64,000 nt of DNA from a virus: the IMG/VR virus record IMGVR_UViG_3300022074_000005; one strand, 5' to 3'. The notes under the pieces are model-generated. The model saw nothing but the letters and a program-made list of their open reading frames with translations, was not told the origin of the DNA and did not search any database. This document shows positions 56,486 through 64,000 of the stretch, one piece after another. Made by a program: the position numbers and the translations under genes. Positions within the stretch are counted from its first letter, which is position 1, and the number at the start of each line of letters is the position of its first letter.

Positions 56486-57915
56486 AAGTTTAGTGTATCT
56501 ACCTTGTAGTTAAACTCCTCTTCATTGTATATATTTATCCGTTCTTGAAAATGCAATAGTGTGAAGTTTTTTTTATTTTTATGAGTTAAGTCGTCTGATA
56601 TGTCGTATAATTTAACTGCGTCTTTTTGTTCAGACTTTCTTAAACCACGACCAATAGATTGTAATACTTTTATCCTAGACTTATAGGGGCTTGCAAATAC
56701 AACATTATGTAAGTTGCGAATATTAATACCAGTGGAAAAGACTCCGTAACTAGCGAGTATAAGTATATTATTTTTTGTTTCAGCCAGTGACCTAATTTGT
56801 TCTCTTTCATCTGTTCCTATTCCACCATGTACAAAGTAAATTTCTTTGTCAAGGTCTTGCATCATTCCATTTAAAACTTGCCCATGTTTTTCTACAAGTT
56901 GATAGAGAACAAGTGTATTCCCTTTTAAAGTTTTACAAAGGTTGTAAATAAATTGATTACGTTTATTGTTTTGCACTAAGAAATTAATTTCATCAATATA
57001 ATTAAAATCTTTACATTGTTTACTTATGTCAGCTGAATGTTTTAACACAATACAATCAATTGACAATTTGGCAATTGTTTCAGCATCCATTAAAGCTTTA
57101 GTTGTTGTAACTTGTTCTACTTCACCAAACAATCCCTCTAATACTAATCTATGTGTTTGTGTTCCGTCTAGTGTGCCTGTAAATCCAAAACGATAAGGAC
57201 AGTCCTCTAGTTTAGTCATAATACCTGTTAAAGATTTTGCTTTAAATAAATGTGCCTCATCACCTATTACACATTGATACTTGTCAAAAAACTTTTTACG
57301 TTCTTTGTATATTGATTGCCAAGTAGAAATAGTTATTGGTTTGGTGCTGGTCTTATCGTGGCCAGAGTAAATTTTGTGAATATGCGAATCATCCCAACCA
57401 TAAGATATAAAATCAGAAGCCATTTGTTCTACCAAAGAAGTTGTTGGTACAAGTATTAAAACGTTTATGCTTGATAGTTGTAAGTATCTAACAATCGCAT
57501 AAATGATTGCTGATTTACCAGACGCAGTAGGTGAAACAAATAATTTTCTTTTGTTTTCTAATGCTTTGATAAAAGAGTTGTACTGATAATCATATAATTC
57601 AAATGGCATTTTTAAACTATCAACAAATCCTCTAGCATTTTCATCATTAATTAAATTAATAACCTCACCATCTGATATTGTATATTCTATGTCATTTTTT
57701 TGACAAAACTGTTTAATATATGGCAACAACCCAACATATATTTGACCAGTTTGTTTTGAGAATAATCTTATCTTACCATCCCACATTCTGTTTCTAACAG
57801 TTGGCATAAACTTAGCACCTGGTACTTCAAAAGTAAAGTAATCAGATAACTCTTGAGCTATTGCTTGAGTAGTGTCTATATGTAAATAGACATCATTTTT
57901 TTTATTAATTAACAT
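56482..57915 (-). CDS. uvsW: DNA helicase UvsW
   Basis: WDGKIRLF, SPTASGKS, DEAH, TGT, QSIGR. Confidence 0.96.
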   Translation of the reverse strand: MLINKKNDVYLHIDTTQAIAQELSDYFTFEVPGAKFMPTVRNRMWDGKIRLFSKQTGQIYVGLLPYIKQFCQKNDIEYTISDGEVINLINDENARGFVDSLKMPFELYDYQYNSFIKALENKRKLFVSPTASGKSAIIYAIVRYLQLSSINVLILVPTTSLVEQMASDFISYGWDDSHIHKIYSGHDKTSTKPITISTWQSIYKERKKFFDKYQCVIGDEAHLFKAKSLTGIMTKLEDCPYRFGFTGTLDGTQTHRLVLEGLFGEVEQVTTTKALMDAETIAKLSIDCIVLKHSADISKQCKDFNYIDEINFLVQNNKRNQFIYNLCKTLKGNTLVLYQLVEKHGQVLNGMMQDLDKEIYFVHGGIGTDEREQIRSLAETKNNILILASYGVFSTGINIRNLHNVVFASPYKSRIKVLQSIGRGLRKSEQKDAVKLYDISDDLTHKNKKNFTLLHFQERINIYNEEEFNYKVDTLNL

Positions 57916-58430
57916 TTTTGTAATATAACGAGATTGTTAACAGTTAATATCTTTCTAGCTTGTTTGTATGAGTTAACCCAATCATCTACAAACTTTGTGA
58001 CATCCTCTGATAATTTGTAATCATGAAATATTGCATAACCATTTTCTTCTAAATTATCCCAATAGTTCATAGTATCTTTTCTGACACTTGTAAAACTATG
58101 TTCACCATCAATAAGTAGTGTGCCAAACATTTTTTTTGTTGTCCATTTATGAGAGTCCTCTTGAACATGCATAAATCTTTCTATGTAAGACATTGGTAAA
58201 TATTTCATAACATTTTTTAATTTAAATTTTATATCGATTGATACAACTTTTCTATCCGTATCTTTTGTTGCATCCAATAATATAACCGTAGAACCACCTT
58301 GACCTATTTCAAGGATATCGCCATAAGTTTTTGTTAGTATGAAGTTGTCGAGGAAAGTATATTCCTCGTCACACATTTGTTTAATTGGATTAAACCATTC
58401 CAGCTTCGAATTTTCGCCATTCAATCGCAT
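57909..58430 (-). CDS. Class I SAM methyltransferase (Methyltransf_24-like)
   Basis: ILEIG, SID, DS, IDGEH, FHDY. Confidence 0.75.
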   Translation of the reverse strand: MRLNGENSKLEWFNPIKQMCDEEYTFLDNFILTKTYGDILEIGQGGSTVILLDATKDTDRKVVSIDIKFKLKNVMKYLPMSYIERFMHVQEDSHKWTTKKMFGTLLIDGEHSFTSVRKDTMNYWDNLEENGYAIFHDYKLSEDVTKFVDDWVNSYKQARKILTVNNLVILQKC

Positions 58431-58818
58431 TTTTTATATCCCACCCTCTAGATTGAATTGACCTTTGGACACCTTCTAAAAATTTAACAGTTGTTTCTAG
58501 ATACACTATTTTATTTTTTGCGTCAATAACTTCTTGGTCAGATTCAATATAAATGTTTAAATCTGTTTTTAAAACTTTTAAGTCAAATGGTTTTGATGCA
58601 TAAACTTTAGCATCTGATTTACCACCATAATATTCCCATTTGTCTCGGTACATTTTCGTATATTCACCTTTTGCTTTCGCAAGTAAGAATTCAAAGTTAG
58701 TTTTGTAATCAAGATACTTTGCATACAGGTCTTGATTACGTAAACTTTCTGTATCTAAATGTTCTTTATCTACAGGTAAGTCTTTATATGTTTGTTTTTT
58801 TAAATCATCTAACGTCAT
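58390..58818 (-). CDS. uvsY: Recombination mediator UvsY
   Basis: LDTESL, WEYY.GK, PFDLKV, RGWDIKNAIEW.KF.AG. Confidence 0.93.
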   Translation of the reverse strand: MTLDDLKKQTYKDLPVDKEHLDTESLRNQDLYAKYLDYKTNFEFLLAKAKGEYTKMYRDKWEYYGGKSDAKVYASKPFDLKVLKTDLNIYIESDQEVIDAKNKIVYLETTVKFLEGVQRSIQSRGWDIKNAIEWRKFEAGMV

Positions 58819-59887
58819 TTGTTTGTTCCCATTTGTATGCTTCTATTACGTGATTTAAAGCATCTAAAAAATGTTCATCACCTGGTTTTGGTTCTATTTC
58901 TTTTTGTTTTCTTAACTCTTGTTCTACTGAACTACCTATTACATTTCCTAAGATATGTCTATCTGAATGTGGTCTATCAATAAAAGCAGCTTCAAAGTAT
59001 GAATAGATATCTCCTCTAGGGTCAATTGCTATTTTTACTTGTGGTGATTGTTTTCTTGTTAATTGTTTGTAATTAACAGATAATAATTTATTCATTCTAC
59101 CTTCAAGTAATGCTACTAAAGCATAACCATAATCAATATTTAATAATCTTTTTTTTGCTTCCTCATCAAACTCTAAAAGTTTTTCTCTTAATTTATTTCT
59201 GTCGTCAATAGGATATTGAAAAGAAAAATCCTCTCGTAATGATAAAGTGTGAACGCCACCAATATCATCTATGTAATTAAATATCTTATGCAAGTTTTCA
59301 AACTCTGTAGGTAATAAAACATGATTAATATGTAATGGTGGTTTAGTTACATTTAATTTATTATAATCTTTAAGATTTTTTTTAACAACACGAAACGCTT
59401 TATTGTTTTTAGTTGTTGACGTAGTTTGATTTTCATCATAACCATATAATGATATACGAAAATGATCTACTGTTAATAGATTAGGATTTTTTTCTATAAA
59501 TCTTGGTGTTAACATAAAACCATTTGTAATAAATCTAACTTTATAACCTCTAACATGTAAGTCTTTACAAAGTCTGTCTATTTCATTATACGTAAGTGGT
59601 TCTAGTCCACCACCTATATTATATCTGTATGGATTATCACCTGGGTCTTGATCTAAAAGTGTATCGTAAAAATAATTGTAGTTTGGTTCTCTGGCGTCAT
59701 AGTTTCGCCCACAAAACGTACATTCGAACATGCAGCTAGTGCCAGGGAAAAGATTAATATTTTTAGGAAATTTGTAAACACCATCTATTGCAGCTTGTAT
59801 ATGCCCCGTATCTATTAAGGGTTGGATTGTTCTATAATATGATTTATCCATTGGAATCACTTGATATTTTTTGTATAACAGGTACAA
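58805..59887 (-). CDS. DesII-like radical SAM enzyme (NDP-4-amino-4,6-dideoxyhexose ammonia-lyase family)
   Basis: FPGTSCMFECTFCGR, GGLEPLT, RISLYG, REDFS, IDYGYAL, PQV...D..GD.Y.Y.EA.F, GDEHFLDA, all collinear with DesII as recalled. Confidence 0.85.
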   Translation of the reverse strand: MYLLYKKYQVIPMDKSYYRTIQPLIDTGHIQAAIDGVYKFPKNINLFPGTSCMFECTFCGRNYDAREPNYNYFYDTLLDQDPGDNPYRYNIGGGLEPLTYNEIDRLCKDLHVRGYKVRFITNGFMLTPRFIEKNPNLLTVDHFRISLYGYDENQTTSTTKNNKAFRVVKKNLKDYNKLNVTKPPLHINHVLLPTEFENLHKIFNYIDDIGGVHTLSLREDFSFQYPIDDRNKLREKLLEFDEEAKKRLLNIDYGYALVALLEGRMNKLLSVNYKQLTRKQSPQVKIAIDPRGDIYSYFEAAFIDRPHSDRHILGNVIGSSVEQELRKQKEIEPKPGDEHFLDALNHVIEAYKWEQTNDVR

Positions 59888-60479
59888 CTCTATTATTCAC
59901 TTTCATTGTTTTTCTATTAATAGGAAAAACTTCATTTATGGGTTCTACAAAATCAAAACTGTAAATACAACTATGTCTAGTTGCAAATTGCATTGGCATA
60001 ACTTTATCAAATTCCATACACCAATTCCAAAGTTCGATATGTCTATAATGATTGATTATATAGATTTTTGGTGGATTTGTCAAGGAATAATCTAGGTTAT
60101 ACTCTGGCCCAACGTTGTCCATAATAATATCGTAAGGTTTATCAAATACAGGTGTCTCTATAGCATCTTGTAATTTAAATTCATACTTACCATCGTAAGA
60201 AAATAAATCTTTATACTTGTCTTGTAATGCTATTGAATTATGATGTCTATAATAAAAACTTTTGTCTATGTTTAAACACTCTTTAACGTTGTTACCGTAT
60301 TGTGCTATAAAAAAATCTAAATTAGGACCACCACCGATACACTTAACAGTTTCTACATTTTTAAATAGATTGTTAAGTATTTCGTATTGTTCTAATTCAA
60401 AATCCCAAAAGTTATTTTTATTGTCTTTGTATAGATTATATATTTCTGTCCACTTGACATTCACAATTGTTACACTCAC
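59844..60479 (-). CDS. Hypothetical protein (possible methyltransferase fold)
   Basis: IGGGPNLD...NID...YDIIMD. Confidence 0.5.
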   Translation of the reverse strand: MSVTIVNVKWTEIYNLYKDNKNNFWDFELEQYEILNNLFKNVETVKCIGGGPNLDFFIAQYGNNVKECLNIDKSFYYRHHNSIALQDKYKDLFSYDGKYEFKLQDAIETPVFDKPYDIIMDNVGPEYNLDYSLTNPPKIYIINHYRHIELWNWCMEFDKVMPMQFATRHSCIYSFDFVEPINEVFPINRKTMKVNNRVVPVIQKISSDSNG

Positions 60480-60505
60480 ATACTTTTATATTAAATAATT
60501 TGACT

Positions 60506-60535
60506 ATTATACTCTTTAACCAGTTCATTTGTCAA
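60506..60535 (-). promoter_or_regulatory. Sigma70-type early promoter TTGACA-N18-TATAAT
   Basis: Intergenic; heads the uvsY/uvsW unit. Confidence 0.75.
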
Positions 60536-60538
60536 CTC

Positions 60539-61114
60539 CTATAATTTGACTATTGTATATAATTTGTAAGAAAAGTCTGCTGTTGTTTTGATATATTGTG
60601 TATCAGCAGCTTCTTGATCAAAACTTAATGCCCCTATTGTTGTAGGGTATATATCTTCAAATCTTATCTCTGCCACTGGGTTATTTTTATTAGAAAGTAT
60701 TGTTAATGTTGCATCTGAAAACATTGGATTAGCAGGTGTTGCTTGTTGAACATCACCTATATCTTTAGAGTTCCCTTGAGTTGCACCAGTAGTGACAGAC
60801 GTTTGACTTCTAAAAGATTTAAATTGATCTCTTGATTGTGGAAATCCAATAGCTATTAACCAGTCATGTAATTCTTTATAGTTTTCTAAATTTTCATCTA
60901 CTAGAAAAGATATGTTTAAAGGTTCGAAAGTTACCTCATCACCTTGTACAGGTATTGGTTTTAGTGGTGTAGGAAATATTGCATCTCCTAAATTTAGACC
61001 TGGCAGATTACATGCAGTCACAAAAAACTCAACTTTAGGTAACTGATTAATTACTAATCTAAATTGAGTAGGCGACAAGTAATCTAGTGTTGTAGGTTGT
61101 CTTCTAATTGCCAT
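60539..61114 (-). CDS. gp3: Tail tube terminator / tail completion protein (gp3-like)
   Basis: YLSPTQF, FLVDENLENY.E..DW, SDATL.IL, F....P; follows gp23 as in marine T4-like phages. Confidence 0.8.
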   Translation of the reverse strand: MAIRRQPTTLDYLSPTQFRLVINQLPKVEFFVTACNLPGLNLGDAIFPTPLKPIPVQGDEVTFEPLNISFLVDENLENYKELHDWLIAIGFPQSRDQFKSFRSQTSVTTGATQGNSKDIGDVQQATPANPMFSDATLTILSNKNNPVAEIRFEDIYPTTIGALSFDQEAADTQYIKTTADFSYKLYTIVKL

Positions 61115-61130
61115 GGATATCCTTTATATG

Positions 61131-61138
61131 TATTTATA
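61131..61138 (-). promoter_or_regulatory. T4 late promoter TATAAATA
   Basis: Exact consensus upstream of the gp3-like gene. Confidence 0.85.
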
Positions 61139-61149
61139 CTGCTCAAAAT

Positions 61150-61176
61150 AAAAAGGGGGCCGAAGCCCCCTTTTTT
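61150..61176 (-). terminator. Intrinsic terminator after gp23 (cUUCGg loop)
   Basis: Minus strand GGGGGC-TTCG-GCCCCC-TTTTT. Confidence 0.92.
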
Positions 61177-61198
61177 GAATTTGGTGTTTTAACCAAGA

Positions 61199-62518
61199 TT
61201 ACATTAAGTTCGTAACTTGAACTCTTCTGTAGTATTTGTTAGTGTTCGCAGAAAGTGTAATTGCACCTTCAGCAGAAGCAGCAACAGTACCAGTATGGAA
61301 TGGATTTGCAGCCATACCGTATCTTGTTTTGAAACCAATTTTTGGTTGGAATGAGTTCTCACCTACCGCTCTAACCATTTGTAGAGGTACATAAGGACAA
61401 TAGAATACACCAGCATCGTACGGTGAAGTTCCTTTGTATCCTACTACGTAGTATTGTTTAGCAGCTATATTTGCAGCGAATGGGTCGATGTAAACTCTGT
61501 ATCTTCCATTTAATACACCAGCAAAAGTAGTTGTTGTGTCATCTACGTTTAGGTTAGTTGATAACGCAGGTGTGTAGTCTAGAACACCAGCCATTTGAAG
61601 AGCAGACGCAACGTCAGCACTTGTTATGATGATGTTACCTTTTCCTCTTCTTGTTTCTTGACCGATAGCATTTGCATCTCTTTCGATTGCAAATAATAGA
61701 CCTTTAAACTTCTCTACAGACCATCTTCCGTTTGAGTCTGTATCTAAGTCAAAGATACCTGCAGTTGTTGTGTTAACTTGAGCACCTTTAACAGCTGTGT
61801 TGTAAATTGTTCTTACAACTTCTCTGTTAATTTCCATTAAGATTTCACTTGATAAGATGTTAGCAAGTTCTGTTTCAGCATCTAAACCATGGATTGCTTT
61901 TAAGTCTTGAGCTAATTCCATAGTGTATTCTGCTTTAAGAGCTCTTGTTACCGCAGTAACGGTATGTTTCTCAATTGAGAACGCCATTTCTGCGAATTCA
62001 TCTGTACCATCACCTAGTGTTTCACCTTGTGCTGTTGTTTGACCAGTTACGAATGAGTATGTACCCGCACTTGGTGAGTCGTTAAGAACAGCTGGGTTAG
62101 TACCAGATTGATCGCCACCACCAGTATTACCAGCAGCGTCTTGGTTTGATAGATCAGGGATTAATGGGTCAGCCAAAGCTTCTTTACCAGTTTGATTAGT
62201 TGCTCTTGCTCTCATTGCAAATATAAGACCTGTTGGTCCTGACATAGGCTGAACGCCACAAATGTCATATGCAATAAGGTTAGGCATACTTCTTCTAACT
62301 AGAGAAATAAGAATTGGGTCCCAATTGTCAACAGCTGAACCAGTTGCGTTAGTCGGTGCAGCCTCTCCCAAGAATGCTCTATCTTCTTTCATAGATTTCT
62401 CTTGGTTTTCCAAGATTAAAGTAGTAACAGCTCGTCTGTACGCATCGCCGATTTTTGGTAACTCGGGATGCTCTAGGACTGGCTGCCACTTTTCTTGTAG
62501 ATGTTGTGTTTGAAACAT
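61199..62518 (-). CDS. gp23: Major capsid protein (gp23)
   Basis: LQEKW.PVL, LVRRSMP, GVQPMSGPTGLIFAMR, RALKAEYTMELAQDLKAIHGLDAE, YCPYVPL, GFKTRYG. Confidence 0.98.
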   Translation of the reverse strand: MFQTQHLQEKWQPVLEHPELPKIGDAYRRAVTTLILENQEKSMKEDRAFLGEAAPTNATGSAVDNWDPILISLVRRSMPNLIAYDICGVQPMSGPTGLIFAMRARATNQTGKEALADPLIPDLSNQDAAGNTGGGDQSGTNPAVLNDSPSAGTYSFVTGQTTAQGETLGDGTDEFAEMAFSIEKHTVTAVTRALKAEYTMELAQDLKAIHGLDAETELANILSSEILMEINREVVRTIYNTAVKGAQVNTTTAGIFDLDTDSNGRWSVEKFKGLLFAIERDANAIGQETRRGKGNIIITSADVASALQMAGVLDYTPALSTNLNVDDTTTTFAGVLNGRYRVYIDPFAANIAAKQYYVVGYKGTSPYDAGVFYCPYVPLQMVRAVGENSFQPKIGFKTRYGMAANPFHTGTVAASAEGAITLSANTNKYYRRVQVTNLM

Positions 62519-62542
62519 TAGTTTCTCCTTTTTATTTTCTAC

Positions 62543-62550
62543 TATTTATT
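62543..62550 (-). promoter_or_regulatory. Late promoter variant AATAAATA upstream of gp23
   Basis: Overlaps the gp22 stop codon; typical position. Confidence 0.65.
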
Positions 62551-63952
62551 AGTTTGCACTCTTTACAGATTTTCCGATAGCGGATAGATATTTTGCCATC
62601 GGTCCGTCAGCAACGTCCTGTACAGCGGTGCCAGTTTCTACTTCATCATGATTAGTTTCAGTCAATGGCTTTTGTCTAGGGAAATAATTTTCCTTGATTG
62701 TAGTAAGTTTTTCAGCGTAAGTATCCTTATCTGTAAACTCAACTTCTTTTGCCAATGATTCAAACTTTTCAACTTCTGTTTCAGTTAAGTCTGAAGTAAC
62801 TTCAGATTTTACTGATTCCTTAATTAGAGTACCTTCTTGTCTTCTTGACTCAACAACTTGTTGAGTAGTTTCTTCAAGTTTTTTCTCTAATTTAGAAATT
62901 TTATCAGCTTGCGCTTCTAATACGTCATACTTTTCAGCAGGTACATCGATGTAGTGATCTTCGAATAACTGCTTAAGACCAGATATGAAGTCTTCAGCGA
63001 TTTCGCCTTTTAAGCCTCTTTCGATTGCTAGTTCATTTTCTTTCATCCACTCAGTAACAACATAGTCTAAGTAACCATCAACTTTTTCAGATAATGATTT
63101 TTTAGTTTCTGCGATTTCTGATCTTACTTCATCTTGATACTCTTCTTCAAGTCTCTTGATTTCAGCTCGGATTTTAGATTTAACAGCTGTTTCGAAAATT
63201 GTAGCAGCTTTAGTTTTGAACTCATCTGATAAAGAGTCGTCAGCATTCATAAGAGCTTGAACATCTTCTTGTACGTTGATGTCTTTCATTCTTGCTTCTA
63301 CTGCTTCATCTTTAGCGACTTCTTCTTTTTTCATACCATGAGCCATGTCTGACATGTATGCAGCATGAAGTTTTTCCATTTTGTCTTTCTTCATTTTGCT
63401 CATACCATTCATCATTTCTTGGTACATTTCGTCTTTAGTTTTGTCAGCAGCCGCAGAGTGATAAGAATTGTACATCTTCATCATGTCTTCTTTTTTCATA
63501 TGCTTCATTGCTTTAAGCATTTTTTCTTTCATATCATCTTGAGACATTTCTTTTTGCTCTTCGTCTTCGTCAGAATGTGCGTCTTCAGATTTTTCGTCTT
63601 CTTTATCTTTTTTATCTTTAGACTCGTCTTCTTTATCTTCTTCGTCTTCTTCTTTAATTTTTTTGATTGCGTCTGGTTTGCCTTCACCCTTTTGTTGAGC
63701 GTCACCAGAAACTTCTTTTGCTTTTTTAGAAGCCTCTTTACCTGGGTCAGTAGCATCTTTAGGGTCTGTTACTGCTTTTCCCATGTCTTCTGGTTTGTCT
63801 TCTCCACCGAGTGCTGGCTTGATTTTTCCCATAGGTTCTGCTTTTGTAGCAGACTTTGTAGGAGCATTAGGAGCAGTTCCATTGGCTTCTTCTAATTCAG
63901 CCAAAACTTCCGCTTCTAATTCCTCTATGGTTTTGTCTATTTCTGTAGCCAT
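62549..63952 (-). CDS. gp22: Prohead core scaffold protein (gp22)
   Basis: LSDEFKTKAATIFETAV, VDGYLDYVVTEW..EN.LAIE.G, F..HYIDVP, IKENYF; precedes gp23. Confidence 0.93.
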   Translation of the reverse strand: MATEIDKTIEELEAEVLAELEEANGTAPNAPTKSATKAEPMGKIKPALGGEDKPEDMGKAVTDPKDATDPGKEASKKAKEVSGDAQQKGEGKPDAIKKIKEEDEEDKEDESKDKKDKEDEKSEDAHSDEDEEQKEMSQDDMKEKMLKAMKHMKKEDMMKMYNSYHSAAADKTKDEMYQEMMNGMSKMKKDKMEKLHAAYMSDMAHGMKKEEVAKDEAVEARMKDINVQEDVQALMNADDSLSDEFKTKAATIFETAVKSKIRAEIKRLEEEYQDEVRSEIAETKKSLSEKVDGYLDYVVTEWMKENELAIERGLKGEIAEDFISGLKQLFEDHYIDVPAEKYDVLEAQADKISKLEKKLEETTQQVVESRRQEGTLIKESVKSEVTSDLTETEVEKFESLAKEVEFTDKDTYAEKLTTIKENYFPRQKPLTETNHDEVETGTAVQDVADGPMAKYLSAIGKSVKSAN

Positions 63953-63988
63953 TGGAATGTTCTCCCTTTTCTTTTTATTTAGTACTAT

Positions 63989-63996
63989 TATTTATA
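63989..63996 (-). promoter_or_regulatory. T4 late promoter TATAAATA
   Basis: Exact consensus upstream of gp22. Confidence 0.85.
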
Positions 63997-64000
63997 AAAC

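Noticed and set aside
884-63895. All plus-strand ORFs and the short nested minus-strand ORFs in the track
   Set aside because: They are antisense or alternate-frame shadows of well-supported minus-strand genes, with no motifs
1-64000. tRNA, rRNA, CRISPR arrays, introns, inteins, homing endonucleases, integrase
   Set aside because: None recognised by eye; gp43, gp41, nrdA, uvsX and gp23 are uninterrupted and of normal length. A covariance search was not run.

Overview
A 64 kb segment of a low-GC, T4-like (Tevenviridae/Kyanoviridae-type) myophage genome. Essentially all real genes are on the minus strand. Hsp20, CobS/CobT-like genes, peptide deformylase and many glycan enzymes suggest a marine phage of the pelagiphage/cyanophage type (inference). 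In transcription order (right to left): gp22 scaffold, gp23 major capsid, gp3-like tail protein, uvsY/uvsW, gp55, PDF, gp47/gp46, a carbamoyltransferase/radical-SAM/SGNH island, CobT-like/CobS, Hsp20, gp45/44/62, regA, gp43, uvsX, gp40, gp41, a long block of probable head-internal/virion proteins, a spanin/holin-like cluster, gp61 primase, nrdA and a glutaredoxin-nrdB fusion. The standout is a three-gene cassette (29026-31675) translationally coupled to the DNA polymerase. It encodes an asparagine-synthetase-like amide ligase, a C5 cytosine DNA methyltransferase with Arg in place of the conserved motif X Asn, and a CmoA-like carboxy-SAM synthase, which together predict carboxymethylcytosine-based DNA hypermodification. 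Other notable items are a DesII-like radical SAM enzyme, an amidinotransferase plus a DegT/StrS aminotransferase, a ligase-fold DUF protein, putative capsid-targeted enzymes and several regulatory motifs. All family assignments come from motif recognition by eye; no searches were run.
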